Origin: a virus
Length of the DNA stretch: 42,192 nucleotides
IMG/VR virus record: IMGVR_UViG_3300045988_149535
Coordinates: 1-42,192 of that record
Direction: 5' to 3' (one strand)
A program made the translations under genes and the position numbers. Under the pieces are notes generated by a model. That model made no database searches, was not told the DNA's origin, and worked only from the letters and a program-made list of their open reading frames with translations. The first letter of the stretch is position 1. Each line of letters begins with the position of its first letter. Below are positions 1 to 6,955 of the stretch, piece after piece.

Positions 1-55
1 TATTAGAAGCTTTAGATAATAAGATAATAGAAGCGGGGCAAGTTAAGCAAGAAAC
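1..55. repeat. Terminal direct repeat copy 1 (identical to 42138-42192)
   Basis: Read directly: tattagaagctttagataataagataatagaagcggggcaagttaagcaagaaac occurs at both ends of the window. Confidence 0.97.
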
Positions 56-2309
56 CGAAGAATTAATAGAAAGTGGAGGAGCTGCTAAGAAAGAAGATAT
101 TATAAATATTAATGCGTCATTGGAACAAATTGATGACAAGAGTTCACAAGCTTTAGGAAAAGCAGAAAATCCACTTGGTGCATTGCGTGAAGCAGGATAT
201 AAAGTTGAAAAGCAAGATTTATCTGAATCTTTATTAAGTGAGATTCAGCAAGCAAATATAACAATTTCTAAAGGGCTATTGAATAATAAAGGAGTTGACT
301 ATCCTTTAAAAGCAGTTACAAGGAATAATGAAATAACACAGATAAATGAGATTTTAAAAAAGGCTATATTAGATGTAAAAGTAATTGGAGCTAAAAAAGG
401 TAAGATTTATCGAATACAATATATAGGAAATGGAACTACAGCATGGGGAGATCCATACTATGGAATTGTTGTTTACGAACATGATAAAGTAAGATTTTCA
501 AGTGATAGCAATGCTAGTATAAAAGCTATAATTAGCAGAGAAGGTAATTATAAAGAGAAGCCAATTGGAATAACAACATGGATATTTAGAAATGATATAG
601 AAGATATAACAGTAAACATAACAATAGATTTTTCATTATTAACTAGAGATAGGTATAATTTAGATGATAAGACAATAGGTTATAGTGCGATAATAGATGA
701 GAGCTGTTATGTTATGACTAACGGAGAGATGATAAACTCAATTTTCATTAATAAAGGTAAAGAGTTTCCATTTAAAACAGTTGATAAAAATGGGGAGTTT
801 TTACCACTTAAAAATGAAGTTAAAATGGGAGTGTTAGATATAAAAGTTATAAATGCTAAAAAAGATAAGTATTATAAAATTGACTGGATAGGAAATGGAA
901 CTACAGCGTGGGGAGAACCTGAATATGCTATTTACTTACAAGAAATTAGTAAGGATTTCTCAAATGTTGTACAAGTTTTTAGTAGATACAATGCTCATTT
1001 AGATGCACCAACTGATACAATATGTACAAGAATAATAACTGCACCTAAAACAGATATAGTACTATCAATAACTATAGATTATAATGAATTAAAATCTGAA
1101 AGTTATACCATGAATAGTACAAATTCATATGGATATAGCACTATAATAGATGAGAGTTGTTATATTTATAAAACGGATAATGATGTAGATAAAACAAAGA
1201 TGACTTTAAGTAAAAAAGGAGATAATTATTTTATAAAGTCACCTTATGATGATGAAAAAAATATAGTTTGGAAGTTCAGTAGTCTGGGTATAAACGAAGT
1301 TTTGCATCCGACAGCAATATATTTTCAACCTATAGATAGTGTTGAGTTTTATGACTTGGAGTTGTTTCAAGCTATAAGTACAGATTGGATTAGTCCATAT
1401 AATTTTAGTGCAAAAAATAATACTGTGAATACTTCTATGATAACCACAGGTGGAAACCATGGTACTAATAGTGGGGCAGGTTTTAGAACTGCATATCCAG
1501 AATTTAAAAAATGTTATATAGATAATAACGAAATAGTGGATGATGGTGTATATTCTAATATAGATTGTATCGTATTAGAAGCTAAAACAAATGTAGCTAG
1601 TTCTAATGTTATTAATTTAGAAACAGGGGAAGGTTTTAGGGGGGTTATAACTGAATTTTTAACATATACAATAACTCCTAGAACCATAAAGGCAATAGTG
1701 ACTATTTTATGTAACGAAAATGTTGTTTTTAGAACATATGCAGGGCCACAAATAAGTGGACTTGCAAACCCATATAAAAATATTTCTTTTGGTGGTGATT
1801 TAAACCCACAAAAATTTGATACTTTCCCATTAAGTTATAGAACATCATCAAAAAATGATGGTGCTTTTGTAGATAGATTTGTATGCGAACATGATAATGG
1901 TTATGTTGTAGCATATAAAGAAAAAGAAGTTGATATAAATGATTTAAGGTATTTTGATGATAACACTGGAATAGGTCAAATAAGTGGTAGTAAAGCTTAT
2001 ATGAAGAACTTCGAAAATAAACCAACAGATTTCAATCAAGGTGATACTTTCTCCTATAACTGTATTTATAGTTTTAATAAAAAATACGAGTGTGAAGGTA
2101 GTATGAGAGCTTATAAAGTTGATGATATTTATATAGCTGACTTTGATAAAAGTAGTTCAAATACTTTCTTTAAAATTGATAAAGAAGATATAAATAAAAA
2201 AGTTGAGGTAATAGATTCTAGTAATGTAAGTATAGATAATTATTCATCTAGCTTGGGAGTCAAATTAACTGCTGCTGATAAAGGGTGGATTAAATTTAGG
2301 TTAATTTAG
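1..2309 (+). CDS. Tail fibre / receptor-binding protein, 3' part of the junction-spanning gene (first full codon at base 3)
   Basis: Frame is open from base 3 to TAA 2307-2309 and is in phase with 41762-42137. The TTG at 120 in the ORF track is therefore not the real start. It is the last gene of the tail module, directly before the lysis cassette. Confidence 0.85.
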   Translation, partial: LEALDNKIIEAGQVKQETEELIESGGAAKKEDIININASLEQIDDKSSQALGKAENPLGALREAGYKVEKQDLSESLLSEIQQANITISKGLLNNKGVDYPLKAVTRNNEITQINEILKKAILDVKVIGAKKGKIYRIQYIGNGTTAWGDPYYGIVVYEHDKVRFSSDSNASIKAIISREGNYKEKPIGITTWIFRNDIEDITVNITIDFSLLTRDRYNLDDKTIGYSAIIDESCYVMTNGEMINSIFINKGKEFPFKTVDKNGEFLPLKNEVKMGVLDIKVINAKKDKYYKIDWIGNGTTAWGEPEYAIYLQEISKDFSNVVQVFSRYNAHLDAPTDTICTRIITAPKTDIVLSITIDYNELKSESYTMNSTNSYGYSTIIDESCYIYKTDNDVDKTKMTLSKKGDNYFIKSPYDDEKNIVWKFSSLGINEVLHPTAIYFQPIDSVEFYDLELFQAISTDWISPYNFSAKNNTVNTSMITTGGNHGTNSGAGFRTAYPEFKKCYIDNNEIVDDGVYSNIDCIVLEAKTNVASSNVINLETGEGFRGVITEFLTYTITPRTIKAIVTILCNENVVFRTYAGPQISGLANPYKNISFGGDLNPQKFDTFPLSYRTSSKNDGAFVDRFVCEHDNGYVVAYKEKEVDINDLRYFDDNTGIGQISGSKAYMKNFENKPTDFNQGDTFSYNCIYSFNKKYECEGSMRAYKVDDIYIADFDKSSSNTFFKIDKEDINKKVEVIDSSNVSIDNYSSSLGVKLTAADKGWIKFRLI
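264..1169 (+). repeat. Internal tandem duplication of a ~150-aa domain within the tail fibre
   Basis: Unit 1 (264-716) and unit 2 (735-1169) share LDVKVIGAKKGKIYRIQYIGNGTTAWGDPYYGI / LDIKVINAKKDKYYKIDWIGNGTTAWGEPEYAI. Both end in GYSxIIDESCY. Confidence 0.85.
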
Positions 2310-2330
2310 AATAGAATAATGAGAATTTCA

Positions 2331-2357
2331 AGAGTAGTGAAAGCTAGTCTTTTTTTT
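2331..2357 (+). terminator. Weak intrinsic terminator after the tail fibre gene
   Basis: Imperfect hairpin agagtag/ctagtct (one G-G mismatch) followed by a T8 run. Confidence 0.4.
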
Positions 2358-2387
2358 ATATAAAAATTTAAGGAAAGGAGGAAATTT

Positions 2388-2621
2388 ATGAATGACGAAT
2401 TAATAAAACATCAACTTGAAACACATAACAGAAGATTAAATAATCATTCAGAGAGATTAGATGAATTAGAGAGAGGAAGAGCTGCAACTGATGTTAAAAT
2501 GGATAATCTTTGTGAAAAGCTTGAAGCACAAACAAAGAGTATAAATTGGCTTATAGGAATAATGGCAAGCAGTTTAATAGGGTTCTTTTTTTATGTAATT
2601 CAAACAGGAATATTTAAATAA
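2388..2621 (+). CDS. xhlA: XhlA-like lysis-associated membrane protein
   Basis: 77 aa with an N-terminal coiled coil (RLNNHSERLDELERGR) and a single C-terminal TM segment (WLIGIMASSLIGFFFYVI). AGGAGG RBS. Lies directly upstream of the holin and endolysin, as in PBSX-type lysis cassettes. Confidence 0.7.
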   Translation: MNDELIKHQLETHNRRLNNHSERLDELERGRAATDVKMDNLCEKLEAQTKSINWLIGIMASSLIGFFFYVIQTGIFK

Positions 2622-2641
2622 GAAAGGTGAAGTGAATAAAA

Positions 2642-2893
2642 ATGAGTAAAGTATTAAAATCTATCGTAACAAGATTAAATAATAAAGGGACTATATTATC
2701 TTTAGCAGCATTAATAGTAAGCCTATTAGTGCAATTTGGATTAAATATAGATTCAGAAAAAATTACAGGAATTATAAATACTATATGTAGTATTTTAATT
2801 TTACTAGGAGTATTAAATGATCCAACACAAAATACAAAAGCTTATATACCAGGTATAAGTGATAAATTAATAGAAACTAAGGAGCAGGAGTAA
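2642..2893 (+). CDS. Holin (two predicted TM helices)
   Basis: 83 aa with hydrophobic segments ILSLAALIVSLLVQFGL and IINTICSILILLGVL and a polar C-terminus. Lies immediately upstream of the endolysin. Confidence 0.75.
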   Translation: MSKVLKSIVTRLNNKGTILSLAALIVSLLVQFGLNIDSEKITGIINTICSILILLGVLNDPTQNTKAYIPGISDKLIETKEQE

Positions 2894-2948
2894 TATCTTG
2901 CTCCTTTTAATTTATAAAAGTTTTAAATATGAAAGGTGGAATTTTTAA

Positions 2949-3716
2949 ATGGCGTTAATTAAAAATTTAATACCAGGAAGTCAATACTCAACTAAGTGTC
3001 CTTATTTAATGACACCGAAAGGAATCTGTATTCATAATACAGCAAATGATGCTCCAGCTATAAATGAAAGAAATTATATGGCTAGAGCAGATAATCAAAA
3101 TGAAGTATCATTTCACATAGCAGTAGATGACAATCAAGCTATACAATGTATTCCATTAAATAGAAACGCTTGGCATGCAGGAGATGGAGGAAGTGGACAA
3201 GGAAATAGAAATTATATAGCAGTAGAAATTTGTTATTCAAGATCTGGTGGAGAGAGATTTATAAAAGCAGAGCAAAGAGCAGCAAAAGAAGTAGCAGCAT
3301 TATTAAAAGAATATGGATGGAATATTAATAATGTAAAAAAACATCAAGATTTTAGTAATAAATATTGTCCTCATAGAACATTAGATATGGGATGGCAAAG
3401 ATTCTTAAACATGGTTCAAATAGAATTAAATAATTTAAATATTAATCAATATATTAAGGAGGAAATTAAAGTGGATTATATAATTCAATATTCAAATTCA
3501 ACAGATCAGGCTATAGCGGAGATAATGGCAGATAGATTAAATTGTCCTACTATTAATTGTTTAAGACCATATGCTTTCTATGGACAATATAAAACAGTAA
3601 TTGCAGTAGGAGAGGCTAAGAATAAAAGTGGATATACTAATGTAGAAATAAAGGGAGCTAATAGAAAAGAAACATTAGATAAAGCTATAGAGTATTGTGA
3701 AAAATTAGGAAAGTAG
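2949..3716 (+). CDS. Endolysin: N-acetylmuramoyl-L-alanine amidase (Amidase_2/PGRP fold) with a clostridial-type C-terminal domain
   Basis: Motifs CIHNTAN, SFHIAVDD, NAWHAGDG, YIAVEICY and KKHQDFSNKYCPHR are typical of zinc amidases of the T7-lysozyme/PGRP family. Confidence 0.92.
   Translation: MALIKNLIPGSQYSTKCPYLMTPKGICIHNTANDAPAINERNYMARADNQNEVSFHIAVDDNQAIQCIPLNRNAWHAGDGGSGQGNRNYIAVEICYSRSGGERFIKAEQRAAKEVAALLKEYGWNINNVKKHQDFSNKYCPHRTLDMGWQRFLNMVQIELNNLNINQYIKEEIKVDYIIQYSNSTDQAIAEIMADRLNCPTINCLRPYAFYGQYKTVIAVGEAKNKSGYTNVEIKGANRKETLDKAIEYCEKLGK
3456..3473 (+). promoter_or_regulatory. Internal in-frame Shine-Dalgarno plus GTG inside the endolysin gene (possible secondary translation start for the C-terminal domain, 3471-3716)
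   Basis: AAGGAGG (3456-3462), an 8-nt spacer, then GTG 3471, in frame with the endolysin (codon 175) at the interdomain linker. Confidence 0.5.
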
Positions 3717-3724
3717 TTATTAAG

Positions 3725-3767
3725 GCTAGTAAGTGAGGAATATAACCTTACTTACTAGCTTTTTTTA
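3725..3767 (+). terminator. Strong intrinsic terminator after the lysis cassette
   Basis: 14-bp stem gctagtaagtgagg/ccttacttactagc, 7-nt loop, T8 run. Confidence 0.88.
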
Positions 3768-3920
3768 TTTATGGACAAACTTACCAAAAATATTGTAAAA
3801 TAAAAGAAAGCACTTCCACTCGAATGGAAAAATGCTTTCAAGTATAATAAAGTATTCGATTTATATACTCTTATTATACTTGGTTTATTTATAAAAAACA
3901 AGAGATAATGGAGTGTTAAA

Positions 3921-5948
3921 ATGAATATTAAGTCTAATATTACTAATGTTACAAACAAAAGCATAAAAAAGCTTATAACAATAAACAACTATAAAGAAGG
4001 TATATGCGAATATATATGGAATAGTTTTGATGCAGAAGCTACGGTAGTTGATATAAAATTTATTTATAATGAACTACATGAAATTGAGTCAATTATAATA
4101 TCTGACAATGGAATAGGTATTAATCGTAAAAGTTTAGACAAAACATTTGGGAGCTTGCTTGAATCTATTAAAGAGAATAAAACAAAAGATTTAGATAGTA
4201 ATGTACATGGGCATAAAGGAAAAGGAAGATATTCATTTATTAAGTTTTCAGAAGAAGCTATTTGGAGTACAATATACAACTCAGGATTAAAGAATATGAA
4301 ATACGAAATAAAAATAACAAGGGATAATTGTATAGAGTATATACCAACTGATGAAGAAAAAACATCTGAACATACTGGAACTAAAGTTATATTAAATAAA
4401 GTTAGTTCTATTAATAAAGAAGATTTAAATGGAAAATTTCAAGAATATTTATCAAATAGATTTGCATGGTTTTTATACTTAAAAAAAGGAAAATCAAGCG
4501 AAAGTAAAATAATAGTAAATGGCAAAGAAATAGATTATTTAAAAAATATTGATAGAAATTTTTCAGAGCAAATTATAGAAGTAATAAATGATAATATATT
4601 TACTATTGATGTGATTAAATGGAATCATAAACAAAATGAGTATTTTCATTCTTTCTTTTTAGATGAAAATTTAAATCAAGTATATAAAAATACGACAGGA
4701 TTTAATAATAAATCTTATGCATTTCCACATAATATATACATCAAATCTAATTACTTTAACGATTTTGTTCCAGCCTTACAGAATAATGATGGTCAAGAAG
4801 TATTTAATTTAGATAAAAATCCTAATGATAAAACTTTTATAGAATTAGAGAAAACAATCTATAAATTATTAGAAAGAAAGACTAAAGAGTTTTTGAAATA
4901 TAATGCTAAAAATAAAATAGTTAATCTTGAAGAAAAAGGATACATGCCTAAGTTTAAAGATAATAAATATGAAAAAATTAGGAAGGACGATTTTATAGAG
5001 GTTTTAGAGGAATTACTAGTAATAAAGCCTGATTTATTTAATAGTAAAAAGAGTGATACTAAACTTATATTAGAATTTATTAATTTGATTCTTGATACTG
5101 ATGAAAGGGAGGGAATATTGAATATTATGGATGATTTAATTAAATTAACTCCTGAAGAAAGAGAAAATCTATATAAGGTTTTAAAGAAAACTACATTAAA
5201 GAAAATAATAAGAACAGTTTCATCTATTCAAGACAGACTACAAGTGATTAATATACTTAAAATGTTAGTGTACGAATATGATAAATTTACTAATGAAAGA
5301 GATCATATTCAAGTAATTATTGAAAATAATTATTGGTTATTTGGAGAAGAATATAATATGGTATCTGCTGATAGAGATTTCAATTATTGTAGACAAAAGT
5401 ATCTTGAAATTACGGAAGGGTTTACAAATGAAATAGATAAAAATAAAAATCCTTCTTATAGAAGAAGACCAGATATTTTCATAACAAGAAAAAGACTTGT
5501 TGGATATGCAGAAAGTACTATGAATGAAGAAAATATTATAGTGGAGTTAAAAGCTCCAAATGTTATCATTAATAAGACTATATATAGACAAATCGAAGAT
5601 TATATGGACATTATATCAACAGATGATAAATTCAATAGTCAAATAAGAATTTGGAAATTTATTATAGTAGGAAAAACTTTAGATGAAAACATAAAGAAAG
5701 AGCATAGCAATTGGAGTGATAAAGGGAAACGATTTTTAGTTAAAAAATCAGGTAATTACGAAATATATGCTATGACATGGGACGATTTATTTAAATCATT
5801 TGAATTGAATAATAGATATATTTTAGAAAACTTAGATATTGATACTGAAAAATTGTCTCTAGAAATAGGTGATAATAAAATAAAGGATAAAGAGTTTGTT
5901 GATTCATTGGTTAAAGATATTATAGATATGAAGAATGAGTTAGTATAG
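3921..5948 (+). CDS. GHKL (Bergerat-fold) ATPase fused to a DUF4263/Shedu(SduA)-like PD-(D/E)XK nuclease domain; candidate prophage-encoded defence protein
   Basis: N-terminal motifs: EYIWNSFDAEA (N box ExxxNxxDA, aa 30-40), SDNGIGI (DxGxG, aa 61-67) and GHKGKGRYSF (G2 box, aa 97-106). C-terminal motifs: NYWLFGEEY (aa 470-478), RRRPD518IFI, IIVE542LK544AP and RQIEDY, which is the layout of a D...ExK nuclease core. GGAG RBS. Confidence 0.8.
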   Translation: MNIKSNITNVTNKSIKKLITINNYKEGICEYIWNSFDAEATVVDIKFIYNELHEIESIIISDNGIGINRKSLDKTFGSLLESIKENKTKDLDSNVHGHKGKGRYSFIKFSEEAIWSTIYNSGLKNMKYEIKITRDNCIEYIPTDEEKTSEHTGTKVILNKVSSINKEDLNGKFQEYLSNRFAWFLYLKKGKSSESKIIVNGKEIDYLKNIDRNFSEQIIEVINDNIFTIDVIKWNHKQNEYFHSFFLDENLNQVYKNTTGFNNKSYAFPHNIYIKSNYFNDFVPALQNNDGQEVFNLDKNPNDKTFIELEKTIYKLLERKTKEFLKYNAKNKIVNLEEKGYMPKFKDNKYEKIRKDDFIEVLEELLVIKPDLFNSKKSDTKLILEFINLILDTDEREGILNIMDDLIKLTPEERENLYKVLKKTTLKKIIRTVSSIQDRLQVINILKMLVYEYDKFTNERDHIQVIIENNYWLFGEEYNMVSADRDFNYCRQKYLEITEGFTNEIDKNKNPSYRRRPDIFITRKRLVGYAESTMNEENIIVELKAPNVIINKTIYRQIEDYMDIISTDDKFNSQIRIWKFIIVGKTLDENIKKEHSNWSDKGKRFLVKKSGNYEIYAMTWDDLFKSFELNNRYILENLDIDTEKLSLEIGDNKIKDKEFVDSLVKDIIDMKNELV

Positions 5949-5970
5949 AGCATATTGAGTTAGTTATAGT

Positions 5971-6000
5971 AAAGCACCCAGAGCAATCTAGGTGCTTTTT
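5971..6000 (+). terminator. Intrinsic terminator of the GHKL-nuclease gene
   Basis: Stem gcaccCag/ctaggtgc (one C-A mismatch), loop agcaat, T5 run. It is a near-identical copy of the terminator at 6159-6185. Confidence 0.85.
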
Positions 6001-6045
6001 GTATTAATAAGGATATAAATAGAGATAAAAAATGCATAAAATAAA

Positions 6046-6074
6046 TTGACACCAATTAAAGGAATAAATATAAT
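6046..6074 (+). promoter_or_regulatory. Perfect-consensus sigma-A type promoter (TTGACA-17-TATAAT)
   Basis: TTGACA 6046-6051, 17-nt spacer, TATAAT 6069-6074. No ORF longer than 3 codons follows. Confidence 0.7.
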
Positions 6075-6080
6075 GAAATG

Positions 6081-6185
6081 GTAATACTTGTTAATAAATC
6101 CATAAAAGCCAGCGGTTAACCTAATACTAAGCTTAACAAGTGTTATATAATTCCCAATAGCACCTAGAGCAATCTAGGTGCTTTT
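6081..6185 (+). ncRNA. Candidate ~105-nt structured small RNA (sRNA-A); 5' end approximate
   Basis: Bounded by the consensus promoter and a terminator. A long stem pairs 6081-6094 with 6133-6146 (core acttgttaa/ttaacaagt). The only ORF is ATG-AAA-TGG-TAA. Confidence 0.55.
6159..6185 (+). terminator. Intrinsic terminator of sRNA-A (27-nt copy of 5973-5999 with 1 mismatch)
   Basis: Perfect 9-bp stem agcacctag/ctaggtgct, loop agcaat, T run. Confidence 0.88.
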
Positions 6186-6211
6186 ATAATGTTAAAAATG
6201 TATAAAAAGTA

Positions 6212-6240
6212 TTGAAAACTAATAAAAGAAAAGATAAAAT
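6212..6240 (+). promoter_or_regulatory. Promoter-like element TTGAAA-17-TAAAAT
   Basis: TTGAAA 6212-6217, 17-nt spacer, TAAAAT 6235-6240. AT-rich context, so it could be a chance match. Confidence 0.4.
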
Positions 6241-6289
6241 ATAAATGAAGGTTGAAGGCTTCGTATAAGATTATTATTATTACTAAATG

Positions 6290-6326
6290 AAATATCACTT
6301 AGTTTACAAGAATTAAGTGATATTTT
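6290..6326 (+). terminator. AT-rich 12-bp hairpin with a short T tail (possible end of an ~80-nt transcript, sRNA-B)
   Basis: aaatatcactta / taagtgatattt with a 12-nt loop, followed by ttttg. Confidence 0.4.
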
Positions 6327-6359
6327 GTCGTATATAAGAATAAAATTTGTAGAAAAATA

Positions 6360-6388
6360 TTGACTATAAAAATTAAATAAAATATAAT
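6360..6388 (+). promoter_or_regulatory. Near-consensus promoter TTGACT-17-TATAAT
   Basis: TTGACT 6360-6365, 17-nt spacer, TATAAT 6383-6388. Confidence 0.6.
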
Positions 6389-6394
6389 TTAAGA

Positions 6395-6507
6395 GTATAT
6401 TCGGTATATATTTGGTATATATATTCTCTCTTATAAGGTTAATATTATTTGAATTCTTTAAAATCACTTTGAAATAACACTCAATTTATGTTGGGTGTTA
6501 TTTTTTT
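6395..6507 (+). ncRNA. Candidate ~110-nt small RNA (sRNA-C); 5' end approximate
   Basis: Promoter at 6360-6388 and terminator at 6473-6507. No credible ORF. Contains the direct repeat ggtatatat twice (6403-6420). Confidence 0.45.
6473..6507 (+). terminator. Intrinsic terminator (+ strand)
   Basis: 12-bp stem aataacactcaa/ttgggtgttatt (one G-U pair), loop tttatg, T7 run. Confidence 0.82.
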
Positions 6508-6513
6508 GTATAA

Positions 6514-6541
6514 AGCAAAAAAAGTCGTCCTAAGACGACTT
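6514..6541 (-). terminator. Intrinsic terminator (minus strand), back-to-back with 6473-6507
   Basis: 8-bp stem aagtcgtc/gacgactt with a 4-nt loop. The A7 run on the + strand is a T run on the minus-strand transcript. Confidence 0.7.
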
Positions 6542-6575
6542 ATACATATAATAAAACCTTATATAACCCAAGGAC

Positions 6576-6604
6576 AGAATAGCATTAAAGATTGTAGGTG
6601 TCAA
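6576..6604 (-). promoter_or_regulatory. Minus-strand promoter-like element TTGACA-17-TATTCT
   Basis: The reverse complement reads TTGACA (6604-6599), a 17-nt spacer, then TATTCT (6581-6576). It would give a ~55-nt transcript ending at the 6514-6541 terminator. Confidence 0.35.
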
Positions 6605-6643
6605 TTATTTCTCTTTTTTTGAATTTCAGTAATAAAAAACAGA

Positions 6644-6672
6644 TTGATGTAAGAACATTTGTTTGGTATAAT
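6644..6672 (+). promoter_or_regulatory. Promoter with extended -10 (TTGATG-17-TGgTATAAT)
   Basis: TTGATG 6644-6649, TG at 6664-6665, TATAAT 6667-6672. Points toward the micro-ORFs and the end of int. Confidence 0.6.
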
Positions 6673-6720
6673 TTTCTTGTAAATTGACTTATCACAAGTG
6701 ACAAAAAGGGGAGATATAGA

Positions 6721-6786
6721 ATGAGTAAAGCAGAAAAAGAGCTATATACAATATTATCAAAGGTTTTAAGTAAAAAACATATATAA
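6721..6786 (+). CDS. Micro-ORF, 21 aa (MSKAEKELYTILSKVLSKKHI), paralogue of 9453-9503
   Basis: GGGGAG RBS 7 nt upstream. The first nine codons nearly match the micro-ORF that follows cro. Confidence 0.45.
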   Translation: MSKAEKELYTILSKVLSKKHI

Positions 6787-6854
6787 AAATTTTAATATTT
6801 TTGATATACTCTTATGTGTTAAATTAAATTACTTGTTTAAATGGAGGTATATAA

Positions 6855-6953
6855 ATGATTAAGAATTTTGATAATAAATCTCTTGAAGAGTTAAAAATAG
6901 AAGGAGAAAATAAACTCTTCTTTATTCATACGTTCGGATGTCCGTTAGTATAA
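6855..6953 (+). CDS. Micro-ORF, 32 aa (MIKNFDNKSLEELKIEGENKLFFIHTFGCPLV); looks like a truncated N-terminus of a Cys-motif protein
   Basis: GGAGG RBS. The ORF stops right after GCPLV. It converges on the end of int and overlaps the candidate attP core. Confidence 0.4.
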   Translation: MIKNFDNKSLEELKIEGENKLFFIHTFGCPLV

Positions 6954-6955
6954 AA
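6924..6955. other. Candidate attP core for the serine integrase (imperfect inverted repeat around the central TG at 6939-6940)
   Basis: The left arm attcatacgttcgga and the reverse complement of the right arm tccgttagtataaaa match at 10 of 15 positions, with the cgga/tccg core perfect. Lies immediately downstream of int. Confidence 0.25.

Noticed and set aside
3755-3988. 77-aa hydrophobic minus-strand ORF overlapping the start of the GHKL-nuclease gene.
   Set aside because: It overlaps the 5' end and RBS of a well-supported gene and the upstream terminator region. Its hydrophobicity is what antisense AT-rich sequence produces.
6219-6467. 82-aa minus-strand ORF in the non-coding island.
   Set aside because: The translation is AT-driven low complexity (N/I/L/F/Y-rich) with no RBS. 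It overlaps two + strand promoter/terminator units.
6676-6701. tcacaagtga palindrome and cttgt...acaag inverted repeat downstream of the 6644-6672 promoter, similar to cacaag/cttgtg motifs near 29341-29410.
   Set aside because: The half-sites differ from the cI operators in spacing (2 nt versus 6 nt). The shared element is only a 7-mer, so recurrence by chance is plausible.
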